DNA from: Candidatus Latescibacterota bacterium
GTDB lineage: Bacteria; Latescibacterota; UBA2968
Assembly (NCBI GenBank): GCA_965208125.1
Contig: OZ242320.1
Span: 384,001 to 448,000, forward strand
Direction of reading: 5' to 3'
Length of the DNA stretch: 64,000 bases
In this document: in pieces, positions 40,333 through 50,316 of the stretch
Layout of the letters: the number at the start of each line of letters is the position of its first letter
Position numbering within the stretch: the stretch's first letter is position 1
Position numbers and translations under genes: made by a program
Notes under the pieces: model-generated
Seen by the model: only the letters and a program-made list of their open reading frames with translations
Databases searched by the model: none
What the model was told of the DNA's origin: nothing

Positions 40333-40375
40333 CCGGTTGGCGGCGCGTTCACACGCGCTCACGGCCGGGTTTTTT
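40333..40375 (+). terminator. Intrinsic terminator-like hairpin upstream of porV
   Basis: CCGGTTG..GGCGCGT-TCAC-ACGCGCT..CGGCCGG plus T-run; G-U pairs favour the plus strand. Confidence 0.7.
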
Positions 40376-40419
40376 ATATCTTGCAGGCTCTCCGGTCAAT
40401 TCTATAAAGGAGAATCCCC

Positions 40420-41484
40420 ATGAAACACCGCCTTCTCGCCCTTTTCACGCTTGGTATTGGCCTGCTCAGCACCCCAGCTTATGCAACGCCAGAAAGCCAG
40501 GCCGCAGCCACTTTTTTGTTGTTCGCACCATCGGCTCGTGCAGCGGGCATGGGCAATGCGTATGTCGCTATTGCCGATGACGCAAATGCCACGTATTACA
40601 ATCCCGCCGCACTGGCCTCATTACAAATTCACAGTCTCAGTACCACCCTGTACAAACCCGTTCCCCGACTGGCCGGCGACATCTTTTCGTCATTCGGCGC
40701 TTATACACACCCCTTTAGTGGCATTGGCAATCTGGGATATAGCCTCATTTATAGTTCTTTGGGTGAACAAGTACGCACAGATGAAGAGGGAAACACCTTA
40801 GGTACGTTTAAGAGTTACGGCATGGCCCTGGGTGTATCTTATGGCACGCATCTCTTCAAAAATCTGGCACTGGGCATCACGGCTAAGTTTATCCATGAAA
40901 ACCTCTCCGACGCAGGTGCGGGTATTGAGCAAGGCAAAGGTACAGCGACTTCTTTTGCCGGAGATATAGGCCTCATGTGGGCAGCCACAGATCGGCTTAG
41001 CTTCGGCAGCGTGTTGCGCAATGTTGGCCCAAACATGACCTTTATCGATGCTGACCAGGCAGATCCACTGCCGCAAAATTTCGTTTTGGGCATCGCATAC
41101 AAAGTGATCAAAAACAACTCGTCTTCCCTGATGCTCACCGCAGATATTTACAAACCCCTCGCCTCTGATAATTTCTTTTCCTTTATTTCGGGCTGGAACG
41201 ACGACGCCTTTGGCTGGAAGCCCAATCCGGGCGGCAACGGTTTTACAGAATTTGACGATATGGATTACCGCGTAGGTGCCGAATGGATGTACCAGCTTTC
41301 TGAAGATTCGGCTTTTGCCCTGCGCAGTGGCTACTCCTATGACAAAGATGGTAAACGCAACTTTCCCACCTTTGGACTTGGTTTGAAATACAACTGGGCA
41401 AATTTCGATATCTCGTATTTTGTGCCAACTGAAGATACACCTGCCAGCAATACATTCCGCTTCACGGGTGGATTTATATTTTAA
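40420..41484 (+). CDS. PorV/PorQ-family outer-membrane beta-barrel
   Basis: Signal peptide, FLLFAPSARAAGMG, DDANATYYNPA, DPLP, terminal Phe; RBS AAGGAG. Confidence 0.88.
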   Translation: MKHRLLALFTLGIGLLSTPAYATPESQAAATFLLFAPSARAAGMGNAYVAIADDANATYYNPAALASLQIHSLSTTLYKPVPRLAGDIFSSFGAYTHPFSGIGNLGYSLIYSSLGEQVRTDEEGNTLGTFKSYGMALGVSYGTHLFKNLALGITAKFIHENLSDAGAGIEQGKGTATSFAGDIGLMWAATDRLSFGSVLRNVGPNMTFIDADQADPLPQNFVLGIAYKVIKNNSSSLMLTADIYKPLASDNFFSFISGWNDDAFGWKPNPGGNGFTEFDDMDYRVGAEWMYQLSEDSAFALRSGYSYDKDGKRNFPTFGLGLKYNWANFDISYFVPTEDTPASNTFRFTGGFIF

Positions 41485-41531
41485 TTTTTCAAGGTTCAGA
41501 AACTGACTCCTCTTGCATCAGTTGAAATACA

Positions 41532-42881
41532 ATGCTAAATCTCTTGAGATACAATGCCAAACCTCGCCTTCTCGCGCTCGGTACCGCCAGTTTGCTGAAC
41601 CTCACACTCTTAATTTCGTCTCTTTTCTCTCAAAATAGCAGCCCCCCTTCTTCGGATTTTAATGGCAATGGTGTTGTCGATTTCCCCGACTTTTTACTCT
41701 TTGCCAGCGCATTCGGATCTCAAGCCGGTCAAGAGCGGTACGATGCGAAATACGATCTGGATGGCAATGGCGAGATTGCATTTGACGATTTTCTGCTCTT
41801 TGTCGATAGCTTTAGCAAAGCGACACCACCACAGCCACCACCTCCCAGCGATCCACGCCTGACGCGGATTGAACTACCTGAAGGATTCCACATTCGCATA
41901 TACGCCGAAGGGGTAACGGGTGCCCGCTCAATGAGCCTCAGTCCAGACGGCACCCTGTTTGTCGGCACTCGCCCCCACGGCCGCGTGTACGCGCTACGCG
42001 ACGAAGACGGCGACCACAAAGCAGAGCGGGTCATTATCCTCGCCCGCGGCCTGAACAACCCCAACGGCGTCGCCTTCAAGAACGGCGACCTGTACGTAGC
42101 CGAAATCAACCGCATCCTGCGCTATACCAATATCGAATCACAACTCGACAATCCACCACAGCCGGACATCGTCAACGACGCTTTCCCCACGAATCGATCA
42201 CACGGCTGGAAGTTCATCCGATTTGGACCCGACGATTTACTGTACGTACCCGTCGGCGCGCCGTGCAACATCTGCAATCGCGGCGATCCTTATGCCTCAA
42301 TCGGAAGATTGGACACCAATGGCAACTTCAGCATCATAGCGCGGGGCATTCGCAACACCGTCGGCTTCGATTGGCACCCGGAAACGGGCGAACTGTGGTT
42401 CACGGACAATGGAAGAGACAGGATGGGCGACGATGTACCACCGGACGAACTGAACAGAATAACCGTCAATGGACAGCACTTCGGCTATCCCTACTGCCAC
42501 GGCACCAACATCGCCGATCCTGAATTCGGCGATCAGCGTAGCTGCGGCGAGTTTGTCGCGCCGGTCCAGAATCTCGGTCCGCACGTAGCGGCTCTGGGAA
42601 TGCGCTTCTACACTGGCGACATGTTTCCAGAGGAATACCACAACCAGATCTTCATCGCCGAACACGGATCCTGGAATCGCAGCAGCAAGATCGGTTATCG
42701 CGTCACCCTGGTGCGCCTGAATGGCAACGAGGCGGTCAGCTACGAACCGTTCGCAGAAGGCTGGCTACAGGGTGAATCGAACTGGGGCAGGCCAGTCGAT
42801 GTACTCGTCATGCCCGACGGTTCCCTATTGGTATCGGACGACTACGCCGGTCTGATCTATCGCATCAGCTATTCAAATTGA
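41532..42881 (+). CDS. Glucose/sorbosone dehydrogenase-family beta-propeller with N-terminal dockerin-like EF-hand pair
   Basis: DFNGNGVVDFPDF..DLDGNGEIAFDDF, Pro linker, GIRNTVGFDWHP, HGSWNR, GRPVDV. Confidence 0.87.
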   Translation: MLNLLRYNAKPRLLALGTASLLNLTLLISSLFSQNSSPPSSDFNGNGVVDFPDFLLFASAFGSQAGQERYDAKYDLDGNGEIAFDDFLLFVDSFSKATPPQPPPPSDPRLTRIELPEGFHIRIYAEGVTGARSMSLSPDGTLFVGTRPHGRVYALRDEDGDHKAERVIILARGLNNPNGVAFKNGDLYVAEINRILRYTNIESQLDNPPQPDIVNDAFPTNRSHGWKFIRFGPDDLLYVPVGAPCNICNRGDPYASIGRLDTNGNFSIIARGIRNTVGFDWHPETGELWFTDNGRDRMGDDVPPDELNRITVNGQHFGYPYCHGTNIADPEFGDQRSCGEFVAPVQNLGPHVAALGMRFYTGDMFPEEYHNQIFIAEHGSWNRSSKIGYRVTLVRLNGNEAVSYEPFAEGWLQGESNWGRPVDVLVMPDGSLLVSDDYAGLIYRISYSN

Positions 42882-42923
42882 TCTCGCATTATGAAACCGA
42901 ATACACGCTTGATGATAAACTAT

Positions 42924-45900
42924 ATGCACAAATCGCGTAGGGGCAGGTTTCAAACCTGCCCCTACATAATCATTTGCCCCTACATTTACGCTATTCTCCT
43001 GTGTCTTGTAGCCCTTTTAGTACAGCCCATTATGGCTTACGACACCTATCGCGTTTTGGCCGTGCGCGTCTCTTTTCCCCCCGAAGACCCCGACAACGAA
43101 ACCACCAGTGGAAACGGCACGTTCAATCTCAGTACAGTCGAAAGTCCCGATCGCATATACCCCTTTGACGCGCCTCCCCATGACCGCGCTTATTTTGAAG
43201 CCCACCTGCAGGCACTTTCCAATTATTACCGCGACATATCCCGAGGTCAACTGACCATAGAATACGATGTCTATCCACAAGACCTCACCGCGAGTTACGT
43301 CCTCGACACACCCTTGATCGAATACGGCAATGGACGCACGAGGCGCGAAATAAATGAGCGCGTCACGAGGCTTTTTCGGGATGGTATTCGCGCCGCAGAC
43401 GATGCAGATGGCGCAAATATAGTTTTCTCAAAATACCGCGCCTTTGCAGTATTTCACGCAGGACTCGGTGGAGAAGCAGGTCAAAAACTCAACGACATAC
43501 CCTCGGCCTTTATTTTTCAACGCGACCTCATTGAACTCGCCGACGGCGCAATTTCCGTCAACAATGGTGCTTTTCAGGTCACATCGGGCATGCTATTGCC
43601 CGAAGCCATCAGCACAAACGGTCAGGGTGGTCTCAATGGTACTATCGCCCGATTTTTTGCCTCGCAACTCGGCTTGCCTGGTCTTTCGGACTTTGAAAAC
43701 GATCTGCCCGCAATTGGCGACTGGAGTTTGATGGACACGGGTGCCAACAATCAAATTGACGCCACGCGCCTGGAACTCCAACCTCTCATAAACGACCCCG
43801 CCAGCACAACCCTGATCGGATTCTTGCCCAGTGGCATGATCGCCTGGTGCCGCATGCAACTCGGCTGGCTCAAACCACTCGTGATTACCCACAACGACAC
43901 CGTAGAAATCGCTGCATCCAGCATCACGTCCGATCTTCCGCAGGCTATTCGCGTGCCCATCAGCGCCACAGAATATTTTTTAATCGAAAACCGCTACTCG
44001 CGCTTCAATATTGAAAATCGCATTCCGCAAATCGAATTTTCCACCCCTCATAATGTCTGGCTTTCCACAGACGACTACGATGCATTCATACCAAGCTCAG
44101 GCATTCTCATCTACCACATTGACGACACCGTCATTCGAGCCAGCGACGCAGAAAAACACATTAATAGCCACCCCGATTACAAAATTGCACCTGCCCAATA
44201 TCGTCGCGGCATTGCCCTCGAAGAAGCCGATGGCCTGCAAGACATCGGCAATGTATCGGCCAGCCGCGTCATTCAGGGCGGTATCATCTCATTAAGCAGT
44301 ATCGAAGGCGTACCAGAAGACGCCTTTTACGCAGGCAACAACGCCGTATTTGGTCCCAATACCTCGCCGAACACCCGCAGCAATTTGGGCTATGAAAGCG
44401 GCATAACCATCGAAATCCTCAGTCCACCCGGCGAAGTAATGAAAATTGCTATTCGTTTTGACAATCGGATAGATAACTGGCCGATTACAAACTTGCATCC
44501 CACACGAGGAGCACCCCGCGTCATCGACCTCGACGGAGATAGAAGCAAAGAAATCCTTCACAGTTCTGGCGCGTGGAAAATCGCGGGTACACTGCACAGC
44601 ACGGACGAGGCATTTGCCACAACCCCTGCTATTGGCGACCTGAAAGAACCTGGATTCATCTATCATCGCGGAGAAACAACCCGAACGCACTGGCGTCCCA
44701 GTGGTACAGTCCACGAAACCGTCGATATCAATCCCCCTCCATTTTTCTCTTCCACACCCGTCATTGCAAAATTTCCCACAACACATGTCGATATCTGGGG
44801 ATGGAGCGATGGGAAAATCGAATGGGGCAATTTTCTATCTGAAACCGCGGGCGGCATCGCCCTGGACGACGCCATTCAATCACTCGCCGTGGGCAATATC
44901 GACGGCGACTCGGACAATGAACTCATCGCCATTACCAGCAGTGCTCAGATCCACCTCATTCACGGAACCAACCAGTCCAATCCACTTGCCACATTCGCAT
45001 CTCCCATCATCGGCGGCCCGACAACAGGCGACCTCGACCGCGATGGCGATGACGACATTGCGGTCGTCTCAACAGACGGCATCCTCTCCATCCTCGACGC
45101 CAACGGCCTCGCCTTTGCGAGCGACCCCGTGCCCGGTGGCGCGCATTCACCCCCTGTTGTCGCTGACCTCGATCGGGACGGATTTGTCGAAGTCCTCTTC
45201 GGCGGCAACGGCAAACTCTGGCTTTATCGCTTCAACGCCATCTTGCAAACCGAAGGCGCGCACGCCTTTCCGATAAAAGACGATGCTGGTCCCATCGAAG
45301 CGCCGCCCATTCTCGCCGACATCAATAACGACGCATCCCCCGATATTTTTGCAGGTACACGCGGTGGCCTTCTCTACGGCCTGACCGCCGAAGGACATCC
45401 TCTACCGGGATTTCCCCTATTAGTGCCCGGCCCCATTCTCTCATCACCACTTATCGACGACCTTGACAACGACGGCACCCTGGAACTCATTATCTATACC
45501 GCCGACGGCAGCGCGCAACTCTTCCACCTGGAAACAATTGACCCATCTTATACCGGCAACAAAATTATCTGGGGACAACTCGGCGGCGGACCGGGCAACG
45601 CGGGCAAATTGCTCCAACAGCCAGGCGAAATCACAACCCCAACAGAAACCTCGCTTTTACCTGCGGCGCGAGCATATCTCTACCCCAACCCGATCCGCAA
45701 TGGCGACAGGGCGCGCATTCGCTTTTTTTTATTAGAACCCGCCGAAGTTAGTATGACCATTTACAATCCCCTCGGTGAAAGAGTCGCCGACCTCACTCAC
45801 AACAATCCCAGGCCCAACACCGACAACGAAATCGCCTGGGATGTATCCGATTACGCCAGCGGCCTCTATATCTGTCGCCTGCAAGCCAGCAACAGCACGC

Positions 45901-45941
45901 GCACAGAGGTGCGATTTATCAAAGCCGCGGTAATTAAATAA
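42924..45941 (+). CDS. Secreted M6 (immune inhibitor A)-like protein with FG-GAP repeats and a T9SS-type C-terminal sorting domain; zinc motif absent
   Basis: FHAG, LGLP, WSLMD, LGW, EYFLIENR, FG-GAP DLDxDG repeats, YPNP...IYN..G..V...SGLY CTD; start uncertain (42891 or 42924). Confidence 0.8.
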   Translation: MHKSRRGRFQTCPYIIICPYIYAILLCLVALLVQPIMAYDTYRVLAVRVSFPPEDPDNETTSGNGTFNLSTVESPDRIYPFDAPPHDRAYFEAHLQALSNYYRDISRGQLTIEYDVYPQDLTASYVLDTPLIEYGNGRTRREINERVTRLFRDGIRAADDADGANIVFSKYRAFAVFHAGLGGEAGQKLNDIPSAFIFQRDLIELADGAISVNNGAFQVTSGMLLPEAISTNGQGGLNGTIARFFASQLGLPGLSDFENDLPAIGDWSLMDTGANNQIDATRLELQPLINDPASTTLIGFLPSGMIAWCRMQLGWLKPLVITHNDTVEIAASSITSDLPQAIRVPISATEYFLIENRYSRFNIENRIPQIEFSTPHNVWLSTDDYDAFIPSSGILIYHIDDTVIRASDAEKHINSHPDYKIAPAQYRRGIALEEADGLQDIGNVSASRVIQGGIISLSSIEGVPEDAFYAGNNAVFGPNTSPNTRSNLGYESGITIEILSPPGEVMKIAIRFDNRIDNWPITNLHPTRGAPRVIDLDGDRSKEILHSSGAWKIAGTLHSTDEAFATTPAIGDLKEPGFIYHRGETTRTHWRPSGTVHETVDINPPPFFSSTPVIAKFPTTHVDIWGWSDGKIEWGNFLSETAGGIALDDAIQSLAVGNIDGDSDNELIAITSSAQIHLIHGTNQSNPLATFASPIIGGPTTGDLDRDGDDDIAVVSTDGILSILDANGLAFASDPVPGGAHSPPVVADLDRDGFVEVLFGGNGKLWLYRFNAILQTEGAHAFPIKDDAGPIEAPPILADINNDASPDIFAGTRGGLLYGLTAEGHPLPGFPLLVPGPILSSPLIDDLDNDGTLELIIYTADGSAQLFHLETIDPSYTGNKIIWGQLGGGPGNAGKLLQQPGEITTPTETSLLPAARAYLYPNPIRNGDRARIRFFLLEPAEVSMTIYNPLGERVADLTHNNPRPNTDNEIAWDVSDYASGLYICRLQASNSTRTEVRFIKAAVIK
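42937..42965. repeat. GTAG-family REP-like perfect palindrome
   Basis: GTAGGGGCAGGTTT-C-AAACCTGCCCCTAC, with a partial copy TGCCCCTACA right after. Confidence 0.8.
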
Positions 45942-45946
45942 ACACT

Positions 45947-48900
45947 ATGTCTCGCAAACTCACACAAACGATCCTCATCCTCCTGACCCTGAGTACACAG
46001 GCCCTCGCGCAATTTGACGCCAATCACCCCGAACTGAACTGGCGCGTCATTGAAACCGAGCACTTCAAAGTCTATTACCATCAGGGGCTGGAAAAACTGG
46101 CGCCACATGCTGCCCAAATCGCCGAAGACGCGTACAGCCCGATCGCGTCCTTTTACAATTTTGAACCCGATAGCAAAGTCCGCATCATTCTCAAAGACAC
46201 CGAAGACTATGCCAATGGCGCGGCGTATTACTACCACAACACCATCGAAATTTGGGTCTCCAACCTCGACTTTGCACTGCGCGGCAGTACAGATTGGCTC
46301 CCAAACGTGATAACGCACGAATTGACGCACATCATCGCGCTCCAAATCGCCCGCAAATCCTCGCGGCGTATCCCCGCCATCTTCGTCAACTACCTGCAAT
46401 ATCAGGGCGAAGGCAAACGCGACGACATCCTCGCCGGCTATCCCAATGTCCTGGCCGCTTACGCCATTCCCGCTACCATCATCCCGCCCTGGTTTGCCGA
46501 AGGTACGGCGCAATACATGGCACCGGGCGCACAACACGACCGCTGGGACTCGCACCGCGATATGATTTTGCGCCAGGCCACGCGCAGTGGAAGCTTACTC
46601 ACCCGCGACGAAATGTCCGTCTTTGGTGCCAAAACGGGTCTTGGATTTGAAAAAGTATATGACCACGGCTATTCGCTCACCCTCTTTATTGTCGATACCT
46701 TTGGGCGCGACAAACTTCCCGAATTGTATCGGCAGATGAAAGTATGGTGGCGCACGGATTTTGGCAGTGCAATCCTCTCAACTCTGGGCATCTCTGCAAG
46801 CGAATTGCACGAGCGCTGGGTCGCATCGCTCGAAAAACGCTATGCGGCTCAAATCGCACAGATCGAAACCCGTCCCGCACAGGGCGACCTCATCCGCGAA
46901 GACGGCTACCTCAATCTGCACCCTCGCTGGTCGCCCGATGGCACAAAACTCGCCTACCTTTCCAATAAAGGGCGTGATTATGGGCGCACGAGTTTGATGG
47001 TCTATACCCTCGCCGACAGCAGCGTAGAAATCGCCGCTCCCAGCGCGGTTACGGCCTTTGACTGGTCAACCGATGGCAAGCAACTCCTCTACGCACGCCA
47101 CAGCCAGCCCAATAAATATGGCGGGCGGCAATGGGACCTCTACACCATGGATCCCAAAGCCGCGAAATCGAACCTGTTTCAAAATGTCAAAACCGCCATT
47201 GGCCTCGCGCGTGCCACCTTCCCCGGCGAAACGCGCCTCAGCACTGGCTTGCGCAGCATTCACCCGGCCTATTCGCCAGACAGAAAGCAAATTGCGTTTG
47301 TCAAAAATGGCGGGGGCAGCACCAACCTCTGCATCCTCGACATCGCGGCAGGCACTATTCGCTACCTCACATCCTTCGACGATGGCTCACAAGTTGCCAC
47401 CCCGCGCTGGTCGCCCGATGGATCGCAAATCGCATTCTCGCTTTACCAGAGCGGCACCTCGCGAGACATTGCCACCATTCCCGCAACAGGTGGAAACTAC
47501 ACAGTGCGCGTTGCCTCACGCGAAACCGACCGCGACCCGTGCTGGACACCCGATGGATCATCCCTCGTATTTGCCTCTGATCACGACGGCATCTTCAACC
47601 TCTATCGCGCCAATCTATCCAGCGGCGCAATAGACCGCCTCACCCGCGTGTACGGCGGTGCATTTCAACCCCACGTTCATCCAGACGGCCACCGCATCGC
47701 CTATGCCCACTACGGCAAAAACGCCTACGAAATTCGCGTTATTTCTCAGCCATTAAATGAGTCCGTAGAGACCAACATCTTTCGGATCGAACCCTTCGCC
47801 CCCACACCGCCTAAACCCGCAATAACGAGCCGCCCATACAAAAATGAATTTGCAACCACCACCATACTTCCGCGTCTGGCAATCGACAGCGGCAAACTCA
47901 AACTCGGCGCCATAGCGGGATCCGACGACGTCTTGCGAAAGCAAACCTTTTTTATCAGTGGCCTGCTTGCCCACGATCTGGATATGGACCTCTATGCGCT
48001 TTACGAATACCGCAAAAAACGTCCCACCTTTTTTCTTGAAGCCTATCGTCTATCGCGCCACGTTGAAGAAGATATAATCAGCCGCGATGAAGACTTTCGC
48101 ATCTACAACCGCACCTTTGCGCTCACGGGCATTGAAATAGGCGGCAAATACACCATGAGACGTGGCGGTACGATCGACGCTCGACTCGTGTACAATCGCA
48201 CGGGCGCAGTTCTGGACCAGGCGCGATTTAACGGCCTCAATCGCGACATAGTGGCCGCCACAACCCTCAACGGATTTGACCTCGCTCTCACCTATCGCCT
48301 CAATGCCATAGGTCGATCCCGCGACTCGGAAATCAATCCCCGATCAGGACGTCGTCTCGCGCTGCGTTACGACCGCTATTTCAACTGGTTCATCAGCGGC
48401 TTTGAGGAAAATACCTCGCTAATCGTCGAAACCTACGACCGCTATTTCTACAACCAACTATCCCTCGACTGGAACGAATTTATCCCGGTTGCCCCCGGAC
48501 GCAGTGCTCTGAGTTTCCGCTTTTTTGGCGGCGTGATCGACAGCGAAGTTGACGACACCTTTGACTTCTTCCTCGGGGGCTTGCCCGGCATGAAAGGATA
48601 TACGTTTTACAGCCTGGAAGGCCGCCGCGCCCTGATGTTGCGGTCGGCTTATCGCTTTCCCTTATGGTCGCGCATCAATCGGCAAACCGGTCCAATCTAC
48701 TCCGACCAACTCTACGGCGCTTTCTTTGCCGGCATTGCCCGCGCCTGGGATGGCACACCCGACGACGCGATACTCAAACGAGGCTGGAAGCGCGAACTGG
48801 GTACGCAATTGCGCTACGACGCCACCTCGTTTTATCTTTTTCCCACACGCGCCAGCCTCGACGTAGCCTATGGTTTCGACCATGTGCCTTTGCAACGGGC

Positions 48901-48988
48901 TGGCGATCCACTTGGACGAAGTGGCTTGAAGATTTATTTTACGTTATTATTTGGATTTGTTACGGATGTTGGAAAGAACATGAACTGA
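45947..48988 (+). CDS. Gluzincin peptidase domain + TolB/PD40 propeller + Omp85/BamA-like barrel
   Basis: HELTH..WFAEG; PRWSPDG repeats; C-terminal FFLGGLPGMKGY barrel motif. Confidence 0.8.
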   Translation: MSRKLTQTILILLTLSTQALAQFDANHPELNWRVIETEHFKVYYHQGLEKLAPHAAQIAEDAYSPIASFYNFEPDSKVRIILKDTEDYANGAAYYYHNTIEIWVSNLDFALRGSTDWLPNVITHELTHIIALQIARKSSRRIPAIFVNYLQYQGEGKRDDILAGYPNVLAAYAIPATIIPPWFAEGTAQYMAPGAQHDRWDSHRDMILRQATRSGSLLTRDEMSVFGAKTGLGFEKVYDHGYSLTLFIVDTFGRDKLPELYRQMKVWWRTDFGSAILSTLGISASELHERWVASLEKRYAAQIAQIETRPAQGDLIREDGYLNLHPRWSPDGTKLAYLSNKGRDYGRTSLMVYTLADSSVEIAAPSAVTAFDWSTDGKQLLYARHSQPNKYGGRQWDLYTMDPKAAKSNLFQNVKTAIGLARATFPGETRLSTGLRSIHPAYSPDRKQIAFVKNGGGSTNLCILDIAAGTIRYLTSFDDGSQVATPRWSPDGSQIAFSLYQSGTSRDIATIPATGGNYTVRVASRETDRDPCWTPDGSSLVFASDHDGIFNLYRANLSSGAIDRLTRVYGGAFQPHVHPDGHRIAYAHYGKNAYEIRVISQPLNESVETNIFRIEPFAPTPPKPAITSRPYKNEFATTTILPRLAIDSGKLKLGAIAGSDDVLRKQTFFISGLLAHDLDMDLYALYEYRKKRPTFFLEAYRLSRHVEEDIISRDEDFRIYNRTFALTGIEIGGKYTMRRGGTIDARLVYNRTGAVLDQARFNGLNRDIVAATTLNGFDLALTYRLNAIGRSRDSEINPRSGRRLALRYDRYFNWFISGFEENTSLIVETYDRYFYNQLSLDWNEFIPVAPGRSALSFRFFGGVIDSEVDDTFDFFLGGLPGMKGYTFYSLEGRRALMLRSAYRFPLWSRINRQTGPIYSDQLYGAFFAGIARAWDGTPDDAILKRGWKRELGTQLRYDATSFYLFPTRASLDVAYGFDHVPLQRAGDPLGRSGLKIYFTLLFGFVTDVGKNMN

Positions 48989-49008
48989 CCGCTCACAAAG
49001 GAATTCCC

Positions 49009-49680
49009 ATGAGAAAATTCACACTCTGCACGCTTGTTTTCGCGCTCATGTGCGGACAGGCCGCGGCAGAAAAATCGCCTAAAACGGCCTTCTTTCTCTC
49101 ACTACTTGTACCTGGTCTGGGTGAATTATATGCCGGAGCCAAAATGCGCGCAGTCGGGTTTATGGGTGCAGAAGCCCTCACATGGACCGCTTATGTATCA
49201 TGGCGGGGCAAAGGCAATGACATTAAAGAAGAATTTCGAGCGTATGCCGATCGGCATTGGCGGGAAGCGCAGTACAGCGCCTGGCGAGAATGGAACAAAA
49301 CTCAGCCCGAGCCATATCACGAAACCCACGCCCTGCCCTCCAAAAGCGAAGACACACAACAGTATTACGAACTCATTGGCAAATATCATCAATTTGTCTA
49401 TGGCTGGGACGATGTGACAGCTAACTTTTCCACCGACAATAAAAACGTGCCATCGTCACGCAGGCAGGACTATGAAACCCGTCGCAACGACAGCAACAAA
49501 TACCTCAAACGCGCATCTGTTGTCACAGGCCTGGCCGTACTCAATCACATTGCCAGTGCCATACACGCCTCAGTCTATACGCGCACGCTCCAAAAAAAGA
49601 CCGGTCCGAGCTTGTGGATCGACATCACGCCGGTCGATAACCATGGGCGGTCCATGGTTGAATTGAAAACGAGATTTTAG
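49009..49680 (+). CDS. Exported hypothetical protein (DUF5683-like)
   Basis: Signal peptide, KSPKTAFFLSLLVPGLGELY, QQYYELIGKY; start reset to 49009. Confidence 0.7.
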   Translation: MRKFTLCTLVFALMCGQAAAEKSPKTAFFLSLLVPGLGELYAGAKMRAVGFMGAEALTWTAYVSWRGKGNDIKEEFRAYADRHWREAQYSAWREWNKTQPEPYHETHALPSKSEDTQQYYELIGKYHQFVYGWDDVTANFSTDNKNVPSSRRQDYETRRNDSNKYLKRASVVTGLAVLNHIASAIHASVYTRTLQKKTGPSLWIDITPVDNHGRSMVELKTRF

Positions 49681-49684
49681 CATC

Positions 49685-50314
49685 ATGAAAACATCATCCC
49701 AAATCCTGATCGCATTCTCAATCGCCTGTTTCCTCGCTCCGTCTGCCGCATTTGCACAAGAAGCGAAATCACCTAAAAAAGCCGCCTTTTTATCCGTTCT
49801 CTTACCCGGCCTGGGCGAGCGATATGCGGGCGGGCGAAAATCCGCGAAATTTTTCCTATTTACCGAAGGCATGTTCTGGACGGGATTATTTGCATTTCAA
49901 AAACTCAACACCACGCGAGAAAACACCTTCCGCGCCTATGCCGCGGCGCGCGCTGGCGCAACCACCGTCAAAAAACCCAACTCTCATTACGACCGCCTAT
50001 CCAGTTACAACAGCATCTACGACTACAACGCCCGATTGCTATATGTCGAAGGCACATCGGCCAACCCACTGCCAGAAACACCTGAAAACTTTTGGGAGTG
50101 GGACACACCGTCTTCCCGCGAACACTTTCGGGAACTGCGAAGCAAAGCCACCTGGGCGCGCACGCGTGGCTTTCTCTTTGTGGGCGCACTCATCTTCAAC
50201 CGATTTGCCAGTGCGTTAAATGCCGCCAACATCGCCGCCAAAACCCGTCCCATTGCTACTGTTTCCCCCAATACCTCTGGGAACTTACAGGTGCGACTCT
50301 CAGTCCGGTTCTGA
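49685..50314 (+). CDS. Exported hypothetical protein, paralog of the preceding gene
   Basis: KSPKKAAFLSVLLPGLGERY, WEWD, terminal VRF. Confidence 0.7.
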   Translation: MKTSSQILIAFSIACFLAPSAAFAQEAKSPKKAAFLSVLLPGLGERYAGGRKSAKFFLFTEGMFWTGLFAFQKLNTTRENTFRAYAAARAGATTVKKPNSHYDRLSSYNSIYDYNARLLYVEGTSANPLPETPENFWEWDTPSSREHFRELRSKATWARTRGFLFVGALIFNRFASALNAANIAAKTRPIATVSPNTSGNLQVRLSVRF

Positions 50315-50316
50315 CA

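Noticed and set aside
48664-49008. N-terminal extensions in the ORF track (also 50092-50316 and 59532-59690)
   Set aside because: They overlap upstream genes; downstream starts with an RBS, signal peptide or stop-start coupling fit better.
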